In this document: in pieces, positions 10,447-20,381 of the stretch
How positions within the stretch are numbered: the stretch's first letter is position 1
How the letters are laid out: each line of letters begins with the position of its first letter
Origin: Candidatus Eiseniibacteriota bacterium
GTDB taxonomy: Bacteria > Eisenbacteria > RBG-16-71-46 > CAIMUX01 > VGJL01
NCBI GenBank assembly: GCA_963792585.1
Contig: CAWBWI010000002.1
Location: 1-64,000 of the forward strand
Length of the DNA stretch: 64,000 nucleotides
Direction: 5' to 3'
Position numbers and translations under genes: made by a program
Notes under the pieces: model-generated
The model's input: only the letters and a program-made list of their open reading frames with translations
Told to the model about the DNA's origin: nothing
Databases searched by the model: none

Positions 10447-12152
10447 TCCGGCGCGCAATCCTGCTCATCACGGCCTCTGCGCTGCTGATCGCGGACCCGA
10501 CATCCGTTGTGCGCGCCCAGACGGCCCCGCCCCCCGGACCGGCTCCGCGGGCAACGTCGCCGTCGGATCAGGCCGAGCGCGCCCGTCAGATGCGCGACGC
10601 CAAGACGCTGATCCGGCAGGGAAAGTTCGAGGACGCTCTGGCCCGCCTCCAGTCGATCTCGCTCGAGGATCCGGGGGCGGAGGAGATCGTCATGATGCGG
10701 GGCGCCTGCCTGCGGAAGCTCGGCCGTTTCGACGAGGCGGCGACCCTCTTCCGCAAGCAGGCCGACGCGATCGCCTCCCGGGGCTCCGATCCGGTGCCGA
10801 TGCTGATCGAGCTCGAACGGGTCTACCGCGAGGCGAAGGATCCCGTGAAGGCCTTCGGCGTCTGTCTCGAGATCCATCGGGTGAACGTCGCCGCCAATCC
10901 CTGGATCCTCGACGAGATGGAATCGCTCGTGCGGGCCGACTCGTTGAGCGGCCGCGTCCTCCCCGCGCTGCAGAACGAAATCGATGAGCGGCCCGACGCC
11001 CAGGACCTGCGCGATCTGATCGTCGGCGCCTACCTCTTCCTCGGCCGCACGGGAGATGCGCTCCGCGAGGCCCGCGATCTCGATCGCGCCCGCGGCGCCC
11101 AAGGTCGGGTATTGCTGGAACATCTGCGTTTCCTGGCGAGGAAGGAGATGGGTCAGCCTGCCGTCGAAGCGGCCGACCTTGCGGTTGCCGAGGGGCTCAA
11201 GGGGGACGACCTGCAGGAGGCGCTGCTCCTGCGCGCGGACGGACTCCGGCGGGCGAAGCGGCCGGCCGAGGCGGTCGAGGCCTACCGGAGAGCGGCGGAG
11301 GCGAGGCCCGATGGGCCCTTGGCCCGCGTGGCGCTGCGAAACCGCGCCGAGATGACCGTGCAGGATCTCCACGACGTTCAGGCAGGGGCCGCCGCATACC
11401 AGGAACTGGCGACTTCTCTGGAGGCGGCGCCCAGCAAGGATCGCGGCCGCCTGCTCGGGCAGGCGCTCGTCGCCCTCTCGGACTGCCAGCTGCGGATGGG
11501 ACGCTATGAAGAGGCCGCGCAGGTTCTTCGGCGCGTCGAGGTCGAAGCGCCCGATGCGACGAGCCGCGAGGAAGCAGCCTTCCAGCAGGCGGAGATCTTC
11601 TTCTATTCGGGGCAGACGGACACCGCACAGGCCGCGTACCGGAGGGTCGTGGCGAGCTTCACGGGAGGAAACCGGGTCAACGACGCCCTCGACCGAATCC
11701 TCGCCCTGACCCGTTCCGCCGAGGCGGGGGCCGTGCCGCTTGCCGCCCTCGGCCAGATCGCCTATCAGAAGCGAATCGGCGCGCCGCAGCGTGCTCTCGA
11801 GATCTGTCAGACGGCGCGAGAGGAGTGCGGTGGTTGCGCGGCGGAAGAGGACATCCTCAGCGAGGAGACGTTGCTGCTGATCGCTCTCGGCCGCCTCGAC
11901 GAGGCCGGCGCAACGGCGGACACCGTGGCCGCCCGGTTCAAGGTTGGGGGGACGGGGCCCGTCCTCCTGCGATCGGTCGCCGACGCGATGCGGGCTCGGG
12001 AGGGGGACAGCGAGCGGGTCGTGCGCCGGTACGAGGATCTGATCGTCCGGTTCCCCAAGAGCCAGGAGGCGATCGAAACGCGCGGCCTGCTCGAGAAGAT
12101 GCGCCGAACGGGCGGGCTCGAGGTCGGTCGCGGAACGGAGCGTCGGGGATGA
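10443..12152 (+). CDS. Exported tetratricopeptide-repeat protein
   Basis: ATG overlaps the upstream TGA (ATGA). Signal peptide MIRRAILLITASALL; repeated TPR-like helical hairpins. Confidence 0.82.
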   Translation: MIRRAILLITASALLIADPTSVVRAQTAPPPGPAPRATSPSDQAERARQMRDAKTLIRQGKFEDALARLQSISLEDPGAEEIVMMRGACLRKLGRFDEAATLFRKQADAIASRGSDPVPMLIELERVYREAKDPVKAFGVCLEIHRVNVAANPWILDEMESLVRADSLSGRVLPALQNEIDERPDAQDLRDLIVGAYLFLGRTGDALREARDLDRARGAQGRVLLEHLRFLARKEMGQPAVEAADLAVAEGLKGDDLQEALLLRADGLRRAKRPAEAVEAYRRAAEARPDGPLARVALRNRAEMTVQDLHDVQAGAAAYQELATSLEAAPSKDRGRLLGQALVALSDCQLRMGRYEEAAQVLRRVEVEAPDATSREEAAFQQAEIFFYSGQTDTAQAAYRRVVASFTGGNRVNDALDRILALTRSAEAGAVPLAALGQIAYQKRIGAPQRALEICQTAREECGGCAAEEDILSEETLLLIALGRLDEAGATADTVAARFKVGGTGPVLLRSVADAMRAREGDSERVVRRYEDLIVRFPKSQEAIETRGLLEKMRRTGGLEVGRGTERRG

Positions 12153-13431
12153 TCCGATCCCTTCACCTTGCGCGCGCGGCGTTTGCCGTCGCGATCGTCG
12201 TCGCCTTCGGCGGTTCGCCCGCGTTCGCGAAGATCCTGATCCCGATGGACCTCAAGCAAACCAACCATCTGAAGGCCTACGGCGTCGCCTACCATATCCT
12301 CCAGCGGGGCGAGAAGGTGGAGTGGCTTCTGAATTACCGGGGGGGATCGTTCCTCGTCGAGGACGAGCCGGAGACGCAACGCGACTGCGCCCTGGCCGAT
12401 GTCCTCACCGAGCTGATCGACGGATCCGGAATCGCCGCGATCTACGACGAGATCGAGAAGAGCAACATGGAGGATATCCTCCTCGAGAAGGCGCCGCGCG
12501 TCGCCGTCTATATCCCGCCCAAGCGGGAGGAGTTGCCCTGGGACGATGCGGTGACCCTGGCGCTCGACTATGCGGGGATTCCGTACGAGCCGATCTGGGA
12601 CGAAGAGGTTCTGGCGGGCGATCTGAGCAAGTACGACTGGATCCACCTCCATCACGAGGATTTCACCGGGCAATACGGCAAGTTCTACGGCTCCTATCAC
12701 AGCGCCCCGTGGTATCGGCAGCAGGTCGCCCTCTACGAGGAGCGTGCCCACGCCGCCGGATTCCAGAAGGTCTGGCAGCACAAGCAGGCGGTCGCGCAGC
12801 GGATCCGCGAGTACGTCGCCCAGGGCGGCTTCATGTTCTCCATGTGCTCGGCGACCGATTCCTACGACATCTCGCTTGCGGCCCAGGGGGTCGACATCGC
12901 CGATGTGTTCTACGACGCCGATCCCGCCGATCCCGCCTCGCAGCGCAAGCTCGACTTCGCGAAGACGCTTGCCTTCACCGATTTCAAGCTCGAGATGAAT
13001 CCGCTCGTCTACGAGTTCTCGGATATCGACATGACCCAGCAGGCGAACCTCCGCGGCCGGGAGAACGACTACTTCCAGCTGTTCGATTTCTCCGCCAAGG
13101 AGGACCCCGTCCCGACCATGCTGACCCAGTGCCATGCAAACGTGATCCGCGGGTTCATGGGCCAGACGACCAGTTTCCGGAAGTCGCTGCTCAAGAAGTC
13201 GGTCATCATCCTGGCGGAGGTTCCGGGGGCGGACGAGATCCGCTACCTGCCACGGCAACTTACGGCAAGGGGACCTTCACGTATTACGGGGGGCACGATC
13301 CGGAGGACTACCAGCACCAGGTGGGCGACCCGCCGACCCAGCTGGAGCTGCATCCGAACTCCCCCGGCTACCGGCTGATCCTGAACAACGTCCTGTTCCC
13401 GGCCGCCAAGAAGCAGGAACGAAAGACTTAA
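12149..13431 (+). CDS. Exported class I glutamine-amidotransferase-like protein (family commonly labelled asparagine synthetase B in Bacteroidota); frameshift at 13250-13260
   Basis: Signal peptide; ILIPMD..Q.NHLKAYG, WLLNYRGGSF, PWDDAVTLAL, HLHHEDFTGQYGKFY, GGFMFSMCSATD, GHDPEDYQH, YRLILNNVLFPAA. Confidence 0.82.
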
Positions 13432-13626
13432 CGGCCGGGGCCCGCCGGCGGATCACCGGCTTGACAAATCGCATCGAGAAGGCGATCCTGAACGGCTCAG
13501 GCTGGCCCCTTGAGTTAGAGTACCGGAGGGTCGGCGCCGATGATCGGCGTGGCAGGCACAGGTTAGGGGCACGCGGGGCTTGTGAGGTCTGGGATGATGA
13601 ATGTGATGAGGGGAGGAAAGACCATC

Positions 13627-13818
13627 ATGGACGCTGGGTACCCGGACTGCAAGAAGTGCAATGACGGCGTCCTGATTCCGCTGTCCGACTACGGCCGGGA
13701 AGGCGCCCCGATCAATTTCAAGGCGTGGGTCTGCTCGAATCCCGAATGCGGCTTCAATATCCGCATCGACAACGGTGAGATCAGCTACGGGCGGTCCATC
13801 AGCCACTCCACGAAGTAG
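13627..13818 (+). CDS. Small Zn-ribbon protein (CxxC...CxxxxC), 63 aa
   Basis: RBS GGAGG; CKKC and CSNPEC; PLSDYGREGAP.FKAWVC motif. Confidence 0.75.
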   Translation: MDAGYPDCKKCNDGVLIPLSDYGREGAPINFKAWVCSNPECGFNIRIDNGEISYGRSISHSTK

Positions 13819-13857
13819 GGAGCCGCGCAGGGGGCCGGGAGGTCGCCCAGGGAACCG

Positions 13858-14566
13858 ATGATCCGAGCCATCCTCTTCGATCTCGACAACACCCTCACGG
13901 ACTTCATGAAGATGAAGGACGCCTCGATCGCGGCTGCGGTCGAGGGGATGGTGGACATGGGTCTGCCAATGGATCCCGCGGAAGCCAGCCGCCGGATCTA
14001 CGCGATCTACGACCGCGAGGGAATCGAGTACCAGCATGTCTTCGATCAACTTCCTTCGCGAGGAAATGGGGAGCGTTTCGCCGGCCGTCCTCGCCGCCGC
14101 GATCGTCGCCTATCGGCGGGTGCGCGACTCGTACCTCGTCCTCTACCCCCACGTCCGGCCGACCCTGACGGCGCTGCTCAGGCGCGGCATCCGCCTGGCC
14201 GTCCTCTCAGACGCGCCGGCCCTCCAGGCATGGATGCGGCTGCACCATCTCGCGCTCCACCACATCTTCGAGTTCGTGATCACGTTCGACGACACCCGGG
14301 AGCGCAAGCCGAGCCCGGTCGGGTTCCGTCGCGCCCTCGAATTGCTGCAGATGAAGCCGTCCGAGGTCCTCATGGTGGGCGATTGGCCCGAGCGGGACAT
14401 GGTCGGGGCCTCCCGCCTGGGGATGAAGACGGTGTTCGCGCGATACGGCGACACGAAGGGCGTCGTCGAGTCGGGAGCCAACTTCGAGATCGACGATATC
14501 CAGCAACTGCTCGAGATCGTGGAAGGCCTCAATCGGGAGATGAACGAGCCACGATGCACCTCCTGA
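13858..14566 (+). CDS. HAD-superfamily hydrolase (subfamily IA), frameshift near 14050
   Basis: FDLDNTL motif I; second frame has LSD, RKP and VGDWPERDM.GA..LGM motifs. Confidence 0.88.
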
Positions 14567-16116
14567 CGTCCGCGGAGATGCGGGAGTGTGACCGCAGGGC
14601 GACCGATGACCTCGGAATCCCGGGGCCGACGCTCATGGAGCGTGCGGGCAGAGGACTCGCGCGCGCGATCCGCTCGCGCTATCCCCATCTGAACCGCCGG
14701 CGCATCTGGATCGTGTGTGGACGTGGAAACAACGGGGGCGACGGGCTCGTTCTGGCCCGGCTCCTCCACGACGACGGCCTCAATCCGCGCGTCCTGCTGA
14801 CCGATCCGCCCGAGGAGATCGCCGGGGACGCCGCCCTTCAGATCTCTTCTCTGCGGCTGCGGGGGATTCCGCTCGAACCGATCACTCAGGAACTCCTGGG
14901 TGGGCTCGAGCGGCTTGGAGCGGAGGACATCCTCGTCGACGCGATCCTCGGGACCGGGTTCAAGGGGACTTTGACGGGGCGCAAGGCCGAGATCGTCGAG
15001 GCGATCAACCGGAGCCCCGCGCGCGTCGTTGCCGTCGACATCCCATCCGGGCTCTCCGCCGACAGCGGGGATGCGACGGGGCCGGCCGTCCAGGCGGATC
15101 TGACCGTGACGATGGCCTTCCCCAAGGTCTGCTTCCTCTTCTGGCCGGCGCGCGCGCACGTCGGGGAGTGGACGGTCGCCGACATCGGCATCCCGGAGGA
15201 AACAGCCGCGGCCGTGCGACCGATCCGGACTCTGTTGACCGCGGGACTGGTCGCCGATCGGATCCGCCCCTTCAGTCGCACAGCGCACAAGGGTGACCGC
15301 GGAAAGCTGCTCATCGTCGGCGGATCCCCTGGGCTGACCGGAGCCCCCTGCCTTGCGGCCTGGGGCGCGGCCCGTGCGGGCGCGGGCCTCGTGCGTGTCG
15401 GGATTCCACGATCGCTCAACGCAATCCTGGAGACGAAGCTGACCGAGCCGATGACCTTCCCCCTCGTCGAGAGCGATGCGGGTACGGTTTCCTCGCGCGC
15501 GCGGGACTTCATCCTGTCCCTTCGCGAGGGGTGGGACGCTCTAGTCCTGGGGCCGGGGCTCGGACGTCAAACGGAGACCGACCGGCTTGTCCGGGAGCTG
15601 TTCGAGGCTTGGAAGGGTCCGCTGTTGGTCGATGCCGATGGGCTCAACGCCCTCGCGTCCGAGGGAATCCCCCTGGCCGATCCGATGCGACCCGTCCCGG
15701 TCCTGACGCCCCATCCCGGCGAAATGGCGCGCCTCGCGGGGATCCCCATGCGGCAGGTGCTCGCTGATCCGATCGACTCCGCCCGTCGTTTCGCGCAGCG
15801 TCACGGTGTCGTCGTCCTGCTCAAGGGAGCACCGACCGTCATCTCGGATCCGACCGGCAGCGTGCTCATCAACCCGACCGGCAACCCCGGCCTTGCGACC
15901 GGCGGGACGGGCGATGTGCTATCCGGGATCATCGGAACGCTCCTCGCGCAGGGACTCGATCCCTGGTGGGCCGCCGGATGCGGGGCGTACCTCCACGGAG
16001 CGAGCGCGGACGCGCTTGCGCGGCGGGTCGGCGAGCGCGCCATCACGCCGCGCATGGTCGCCGAGGGACTCGCGGATGTCTGGGCGGTCCTCGCGGGAGA
16101 GACAGGTGTCGTCTGA
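14554..16116 (+). CDS. nnr: Bifunctional NAD(P)H-hydrate epimerase/dehydratase (YjeF/Nnr)
   Basis: LMERAG, CGRGNNGGDG, VDAILGTG, DIPSG, HKGDRG, GPGLG, DADGLN, TPHPGEM, LATGGTGDVLSG. Confidence 0.95.
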   Translation: MHLLTSAEMRECDRRATDDLGIPGPTLMERAGRGLARAIRSRYPHLNRRRIWIVCGRGNNGGDGLVLARLLHDDGLNPRVLLTDPPEEIAGDAALQISSLRLRGIPLEPITQELLGGLERLGAEDILVDAILGTGFKGTLTGRKAEIVEAINRSPARVVAVDIPSGLSADSGDATGPAVQADLTVTMAFPKVCFLFWPARAHVGEWTVADIGIPEETAAAVRPIRTLLTAGLVADRIRPFSRTAHKGDRGKLLIVGGSPGLTGAPCLAAWGAARAGAGLVRVGIPRSLNAILETKLTEPMTFPLVESDAGTVSSRARDFILSLREGWDALVLGPGLGRQTETDRLVRELFEAWKGPLLVDADGLNALASEGIPLADPMRPVPVLTPHPGEMARLAGIPMRQVLADPIDSARRFAQRHGVVVLLKGAPTVISDPTGSVLINPTGNPGLATGGTGDVLSGIIGTLLAQGLDPWWAAGCGAYLHGASADALARRVGERAITPRMVAEGLADVWAVLAGETGVV

Positions 16117-16774
16117 TCCCGACTTCGATGCGGGCCGCGAGGGACTGATTCGCGCCGGACACCTTCTGGGGGGCCGCGGGCTGATCGTCGCGGATGATGG
16201 CAACTTGAGCCTGCGCTGCCCCGACGGTACGATATGGATCACCGCGAGCGGGGTTCGCAAGGACGCGCTGACACAGCGCGATCTCGTGCGCATCGATTGT
16301 GAAGGCAAGGTCATCGAGGGATCGGCGCAACCATCGTCGGAATTCCGGCTCCACGCGGGGATCTACGAGCATCGTCCGGATGTGCGCGCCGTGGTTCACG
16401 CCCATCCCCCGATTGCGACCGGCTTTGCCGTCGCCGGTGAGGGGATTCCCGATACGTTTCTTGCGGAGGCCGCTGTTCAGTTGGGCCCCGTTCCGGTCGT
16501 TCCGTACCGAACGCCCGGGACCCGGGAAGCAGTGGAGGTCATCGTCCCGTTCCTGGCCTCCCACCAGGCATTCCTGCTCGCGAACCATGGCGCGGTCGCC
16601 CTGGGCCGCGACGTAGAGGATGCGTGCCGCAGGATGGAACGGCTGGAGCACGTGGCCCGCTCGCTGCTGGTCGCCCGAATGCTCGGGGGAGGGCGACCCC
16701 TGACAGCGGAAGAGCGGAAGGGGCTGAAGATCATGCACAAGGAGGACAGTGACGGATGGCCAATGGGATCATGA
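16106..16774 (+). CDS. Class II aldolase/adducin family protein
   Basis: DGNLS, ITASG, PSSEFRLH, VVHAHP, LLANHG metal-binding motifs. Confidence 0.9.
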   Translation: MSSDPDFDAGREGLIRAGHLLGGRGLIVADDGNLSLRCPDGTIWITASGVRKDALTQRDLVRIDCEGKVIEGSAQPSSEFRLHAGIYEHRPDVRAVVHAHPPIATGFAVAGEGIPDTFLAEAAVQLGPVPVVPYRTPGTREAVEVIVPFLASHQAFLLANHGAVALGRDVEDACRRMERLEHVARSLLVARMLGGGRPLTAEERKGLKIMHKEDSDGWPMGS

Positions 16775-18090
16775 ACAAAGAAGACCTACTCCGATTCGTT
16801 CGCGATAAGGACGTCAAGATCGTCAATCTCTGGTTCACCGACATTCTGGGGATGCTCAAGTCCTTCGGCATCACCACCCACCAGCTCGAGGAAGCGCTGG
16901 AAGAGGGTCTCGGCTTCGACGGCTCCTCCGTCGAGGGCTTTGCCAGGATCTACGAATCGGATCTGATCGCGAGCCCGGACATCTCGACCTTCCAGCTCCA
17001 GCCGTGGAGGGTCGACGGCCAGCTCCACGCCCGGATGATGTGTGACATTCGCAACCCCGACGGGACCCCCTATGCCGGAGATCCGCGGCACGTGCTGCGC
17101 CGCAACCTCTCGCGCGCGAATGACCTCGGGTTCACCATGAACGTTGGCCCCGAGCTGGAGTACTTCTACCTGAAATCGGCCGACGATCCCCGGGTGCTCG
17201 ACCGGGCGGGATACTTCGATCTCGTGCCCGACGATCTCGGCACGCAGCTCCGGCACCGCACGATTCAGGCCCTTCACTCGATGGAAATCGATGTCGAGGT
17301 CGGTCACCATGAGGTGGCGCCGAGCCAGCACGAGATCGACCTGCGCTACATGGAGGCCATGCGGATGGCCGACGCCACGGTTACCTACCGGTACGTCGTG
17401 AAGGAGATCGCGCGCGAGAACGGCGTCTATGCGACCTTCATGCCGAAACCGCTCTTCGGTGAGAACGGCAGCGGAATGCACGTTCACCAATCCCTCTTCA
17501 AGGGAGAGAAGAACGCTTTCTTCGACGCGGGCGATCCGAACCACCTCTCGAAGCTCGGCCGCAGTTACATGGCCGGGATCATGCGCCACGCACGCGAGAT
17601 GTGCGCCATCACCAACCAGTGGGTCAACTCCTACAAGCGACTCGTTCCGGGATACGAGGCGCCGGTCTACGTCGCGTGGGGGCAGCGCAACCGCTCCGCT
17701 CTCGTGAGGGTCCCGATGTACAAGCCGGGCAAGGAGAAGGCGACCCGCATCGAGTACCGGTGCCCCGACCCCGCATGCAACTCCTACCTCGCCTTCTCGG
17801 TGATGCTCGCCGCAGGGCTCAAGGGGGTCCAGGAGGGATACGAGCTTCCGCCGGCGGTGGAGGAGGACATCTTCCACATGACCGAATCGGAGAAGACGGC
17901 CCGCGGCATCCTCACCCTGCCGGGCTCGCTCGACGAGGCGATCGCGGTGTCCGAGAAGAGCGAGCTGCTTCGCGAGGCCCTCGGAGAGCACGTCTTCACG
18001 AAGTTCATCGAGAACAAGAAGATCGAGTGGGATCGGTACCGGATCCAGGTCACCGGCTACGAGATCGAGCGATACCTCCCCGTCCTCTAA
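16756..18090 (+). CDS. glnA: Glutamine synthetase type I (start may be 16771)
   Basis: FDGSSVEGF, GPELEYF, HHEVAPSQHEID, TFMPKP, NGSGMHVHQS, NSYKRLVPGYEAP, RIEYRCPDP. Confidence 0.97.
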   Translation: MANGIMNKEDLLRFVRDKDVKIVNLWFTDILGMLKSFGITTHQLEEALEEGLGFDGSSVEGFARIYESDLIASPDISTFQLQPWRVDGQLHARMMCDIRNPDGTPYAGDPRHVLRRNLSRANDLGFTMNVGPELEYFYLKSADDPRVLDRAGYFDLVPDDLGTQLRHRTIQALHSMEIDVEVGHHEVAPSQHEIDLRYMEAMRMADATVTYRYVVKEIARENGVYATFMPKPLFGENGSGMHVHQSLFKGEKNAFFDAGDPNHLSKLGRSYMAGIMRHAREMCAITNQWVNSYKRLVPGYEAPVYVAWGQRNRSALVRVPMYKPGKEKATRIEYRCPDPACNSYLAFSVMLAAGLKGVQEGYELPPAVEEDIFHMTESEKTARGILTLPGSLDEAIAVSEKSELLREALGEHVFTKFIENKKIEWDRYRIQVTGYEIERYLPVL

Positions 18091-18193
18091 GGGCGGTTTT
18101 CGCCATGATGATCCCCGCCGCCCTGTCGGGTTGCGGGGATCACTCATCCCGCCCCGTGCCCCGGAGCCGGCCTGGCCCGCCGGTCACCGGCCC

Positions 18194-18222
18194 TTGACGG
18201 CCCCCGGGGGATTGCCTAGAGT
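18194..18222 (+). promoter_or_regulatory. sigma70-type promoter
   Basis: TTGACG-17 nt-TAGAGT upstream of the 18370 gene. Confidence 0.55.
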
Positions 18223-18369
18223 CCGTTCTTCGGAGCACCCGTTTCCGGAATCCGCCGGGGGATTCTGGGCGGCAGGGGTGGGTTGGAGGCGAGGCTGTTG
18301 GGGAACCTGCGTGGAACGTTTGCACTCCCTTCTTCCCGGATATCACCGAACCGACCTCGGAGAAATCCC

Positions 18370-18837
18370 ATGAACCGTGTGCCATGGCTGATCGCCATGC
18401 TTGGATGCCTTCTCGTTGCGGCGGGTTGTGCCAAGCGCGTCCCTTCCACCGATATGAAGTTCGAGGCCCAGCAAAAGGTGGTCTTGAAGCTGCGTGGCGG
18501 CGAGGAACTCGAGGGGCGAATGGAGCGGGGCAAGCGCGTCGAACTCCGCGAACCCGGGGCCGTATGGTCGGCCCACGTCGGTGAGGTGACGGACGAGAGG
18601 ATCGTTCTCAAGGACCTGGTCCGGCTCCGGGATGCCGAGGGGGTGGCGCTTCAGGTCGCCCGCGCGAAGGATGCGCGCCTCGACGTCGCCGAGGGAACGC
18701 CGGAGAAGGCCTTCCTTCGTTCGGAGATCGTCGGGGTGGATCTGCTCAAGACCGATAGCGGGAAGACGGCGCGGAACGCCACGTTCTGGACCTTTAGCGC
18801 GGCGATCCTCACCATTCTCCTGGGGGAGAAGTCATGA
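18370..18837 (+). CDS. Lipoprotein with C-terminal hydrophobic helix
   Basis: Lipobox AAGC; C-terminus TFWTFSAAILTILLG; stop overlaps the next start (ATGA). Confidence 0.7.
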   Translation: MNRVPWLIAMLGCLLVAAGCAKRVPSTDMKFEAQQKVVLKLRGGEELEGRMERGKRVELREPGAVWSAHVGEVTDERIVLKDLVRLRDAEGVALQVARAKDARLDVAEGTPEKAFLRSEIVGVDLLKTDSGKTARNATFWTFSAAILTILLGEKS

Positions 18838-20324
18838 ACCGGCCTGAGCGCGCTTGGCGGCACCTCCTTCTCGCGACGCTGATCCTCGCCAGTGTCTTCT
18901 CCACGTCCGAGGCGCAGGAGGTCGTGGACATCGACCTCGGGACGATCGGTCTCAACACGCTCGGACAGCTCGAGCCCTCTCGGATCTTCCGCCCTCTCGA
19001 CATGATCGGTGCGCGCCCCGGCGCCCAGGCCTGGGCGCTCGGCGGCGCCTACGTCGCGCAAGCGCAAGGAGTGGACGCGATCGGCTGGAACCCGGCCGGG
19101 ATGGGATGGCTCAAGCGCCCGGCGGTGATCAGCGAGTTCCGCTGGACCCGCTCCACAGCGGCGACCAGCGGCTTCCCGGACACCTTCAACATCCCGAACT
19201 CGCCCCAGCTGCGGATCGTCCGATACGAAGTGAACCTGAAATCCATGGTTCGCTCGGGAATCCTGGGAGCGGGGGCCACCCGCACGATCCTCGGCCGCAA
19301 TGTCTCGGGCGCTCTGTCGTACCGGCGCTATCTGGACACGACGATGCCGGAGGCGATTCTGGCCGAACTCTCCCTCGAAGGCAGCGGCAACAACGGCGCC
19401 AGCACCGGCAGCACAGTCGCATTCGACAACAACGAACAGGGAGGAGTCGACGCCGCGTCGGCGACGGTTGGCGTCGAGCTGATCCCGGGGCAACTGGCGG
19501 CAGGCGTCAACTTCAACCTGTTGGACGGGATCTTCCGGTCCACCATCACTTCTTCCGCCCCCTCGGGTGGGCTTGGCGAAAGCACCGGCCACCAGCGCCT
19601 GAACTTCGACTACCGCGGATTCTCGACGGACCTCGGCGTGCAGTATCGCAGAGAGGGACTGGCGGCCGTCGGGGTCCGGTACACGCCGAGCTACAAGCTC
19701 GCAGTGACCAAGGGGCGCTACGTTTCCCAGAGCATCCCCCTGCCCGGCTCGGAGTTCGTCTATCGAGTCCACGGGATCGTGGCGGGATACGACCTCGACG
19801 TCCCCGCCTTGCTTTCCATCGGAGGCTGGTACCAGGTGATTCCGCAGCTGAGCGTCGCGATCGGGTACGACAGCCAGAAGTGGGCGGATCCGACGATCGC
19901 CTATCGCTCCGACGAGTCGTTCGCGGGTCGGGAATCGAACCCGACCCTGCCCCTGCGTGATGTCACCTGCCTTCACTACGGCCTCGAGGGCCGCTTCCTG
20001 AAGCTGCGGAAGGGCGATGTGCCGGTGCGGTTGGGGTACTCCACGGGCCCCTTGTCAGTTGCCGATCTGGTTCCGGGTGGAGCTCACCCCGAGAACTTCT
20101 CGAATTGGGAAGGCGGCGACGTCAAGTCGAGCACGATGAGCTTCGGCCTGGGATTCGAGACCGGGCCGCTGCACTACGACCTCTCCTACGAGATCATCGA
20201 CTACAAGCTCAAGAAGTGGTACTTCGAGAGCCCCACCGATCCCTTCTTCAACCCGCAGGGAGTCGCCGTGAAGGTCGATCGCAGGGTCACTCAGTTGAGG
20301 TTTGGCGGTACGCTGAGCTTCTAG
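18834..20324 (+). CDS. Outer-membrane barrel of the FadL/OmpP1-PorV superfamily
   Basis: Signal peptide; GAQAWALGGAYVA..G.DAIGWNPAGM plug motif; ends LRFGGTLSF. Confidence 0.82.
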   Translation: MNRPERAWRHLLLATLILASVFSTSEAQEVVDIDLGTIGLNTLGQLEPSRIFRPLDMIGARPGAQAWALGGAYVAQAQGVDAIGWNPAGMGWLKRPAVISEFRWTRSTAATSGFPDTFNIPNSPQLRIVRYEVNLKSMVRSGILGAGATRTILGRNVSGALSYRRYLDTTMPEAILAELSLEGSGNNGASTGSTVAFDNNEQGGVDAASATVGVELIPGQLAAGVNFNLLDGIFRSTITSSAPSGGLGESTGHQRLNFDYRGFSTDLGVQYRREGLAAVGVRYTPSYKLAVTKGRYVSQSIPLPGSEFVYRVHGIVAGYDLDVPALLSIGGWYQVIPQLSVAIGYDSQKWADPTIAYRSDESFAGRESNPTLPLRDVTCLHYGLEGRFLKLRKGDVPVRLGYSTGPLSVADLVPGGAHPENFSNWEGGDVKSSTMSFGLGFETGPLHYDLSYEIIDYKLKKWYFESPTDPFFNPQGVAVKVDRRVTQLRFGGTLSF

Positions 20325-20344
20325 GCGGCCAAACCGCTCCAGGA

Positions 20345-20381
20345 GGCCCCGGGACTGCACGGCCCCGGGGCCGTTCCTTTT
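20345..20381 (+). terminator. Rho-independent terminator
   Basis: GGCCCCGGG / CCCGGGGCC stem followed by GTTCCTTTT. Confidence 0.65.

Noticed and set aside
7092..12152. 1686-aa DUF4175-TPR fusion in the ORF track
   Set aside because: A frameshift near 9873 carries the frame through junk sequence. The true C-terminus is in ORF 9916..10446, and the TPR gene has its own ATG and signal peptide at 10443.
13858..16116. HAD-Nnr fusion protein (752 aa)
   Set aside because: Frameshift near 14050; the HAD motifs continue in ORF 14036..14566 and Nnr starts at 14554.
18311..18323. TGGAACGTTTGCA as a sigma54 promoter (also TGGCAC at 20396 and 36477)
   Set aside because: GG-GC spacing is wrong or the -12 GC is absent.
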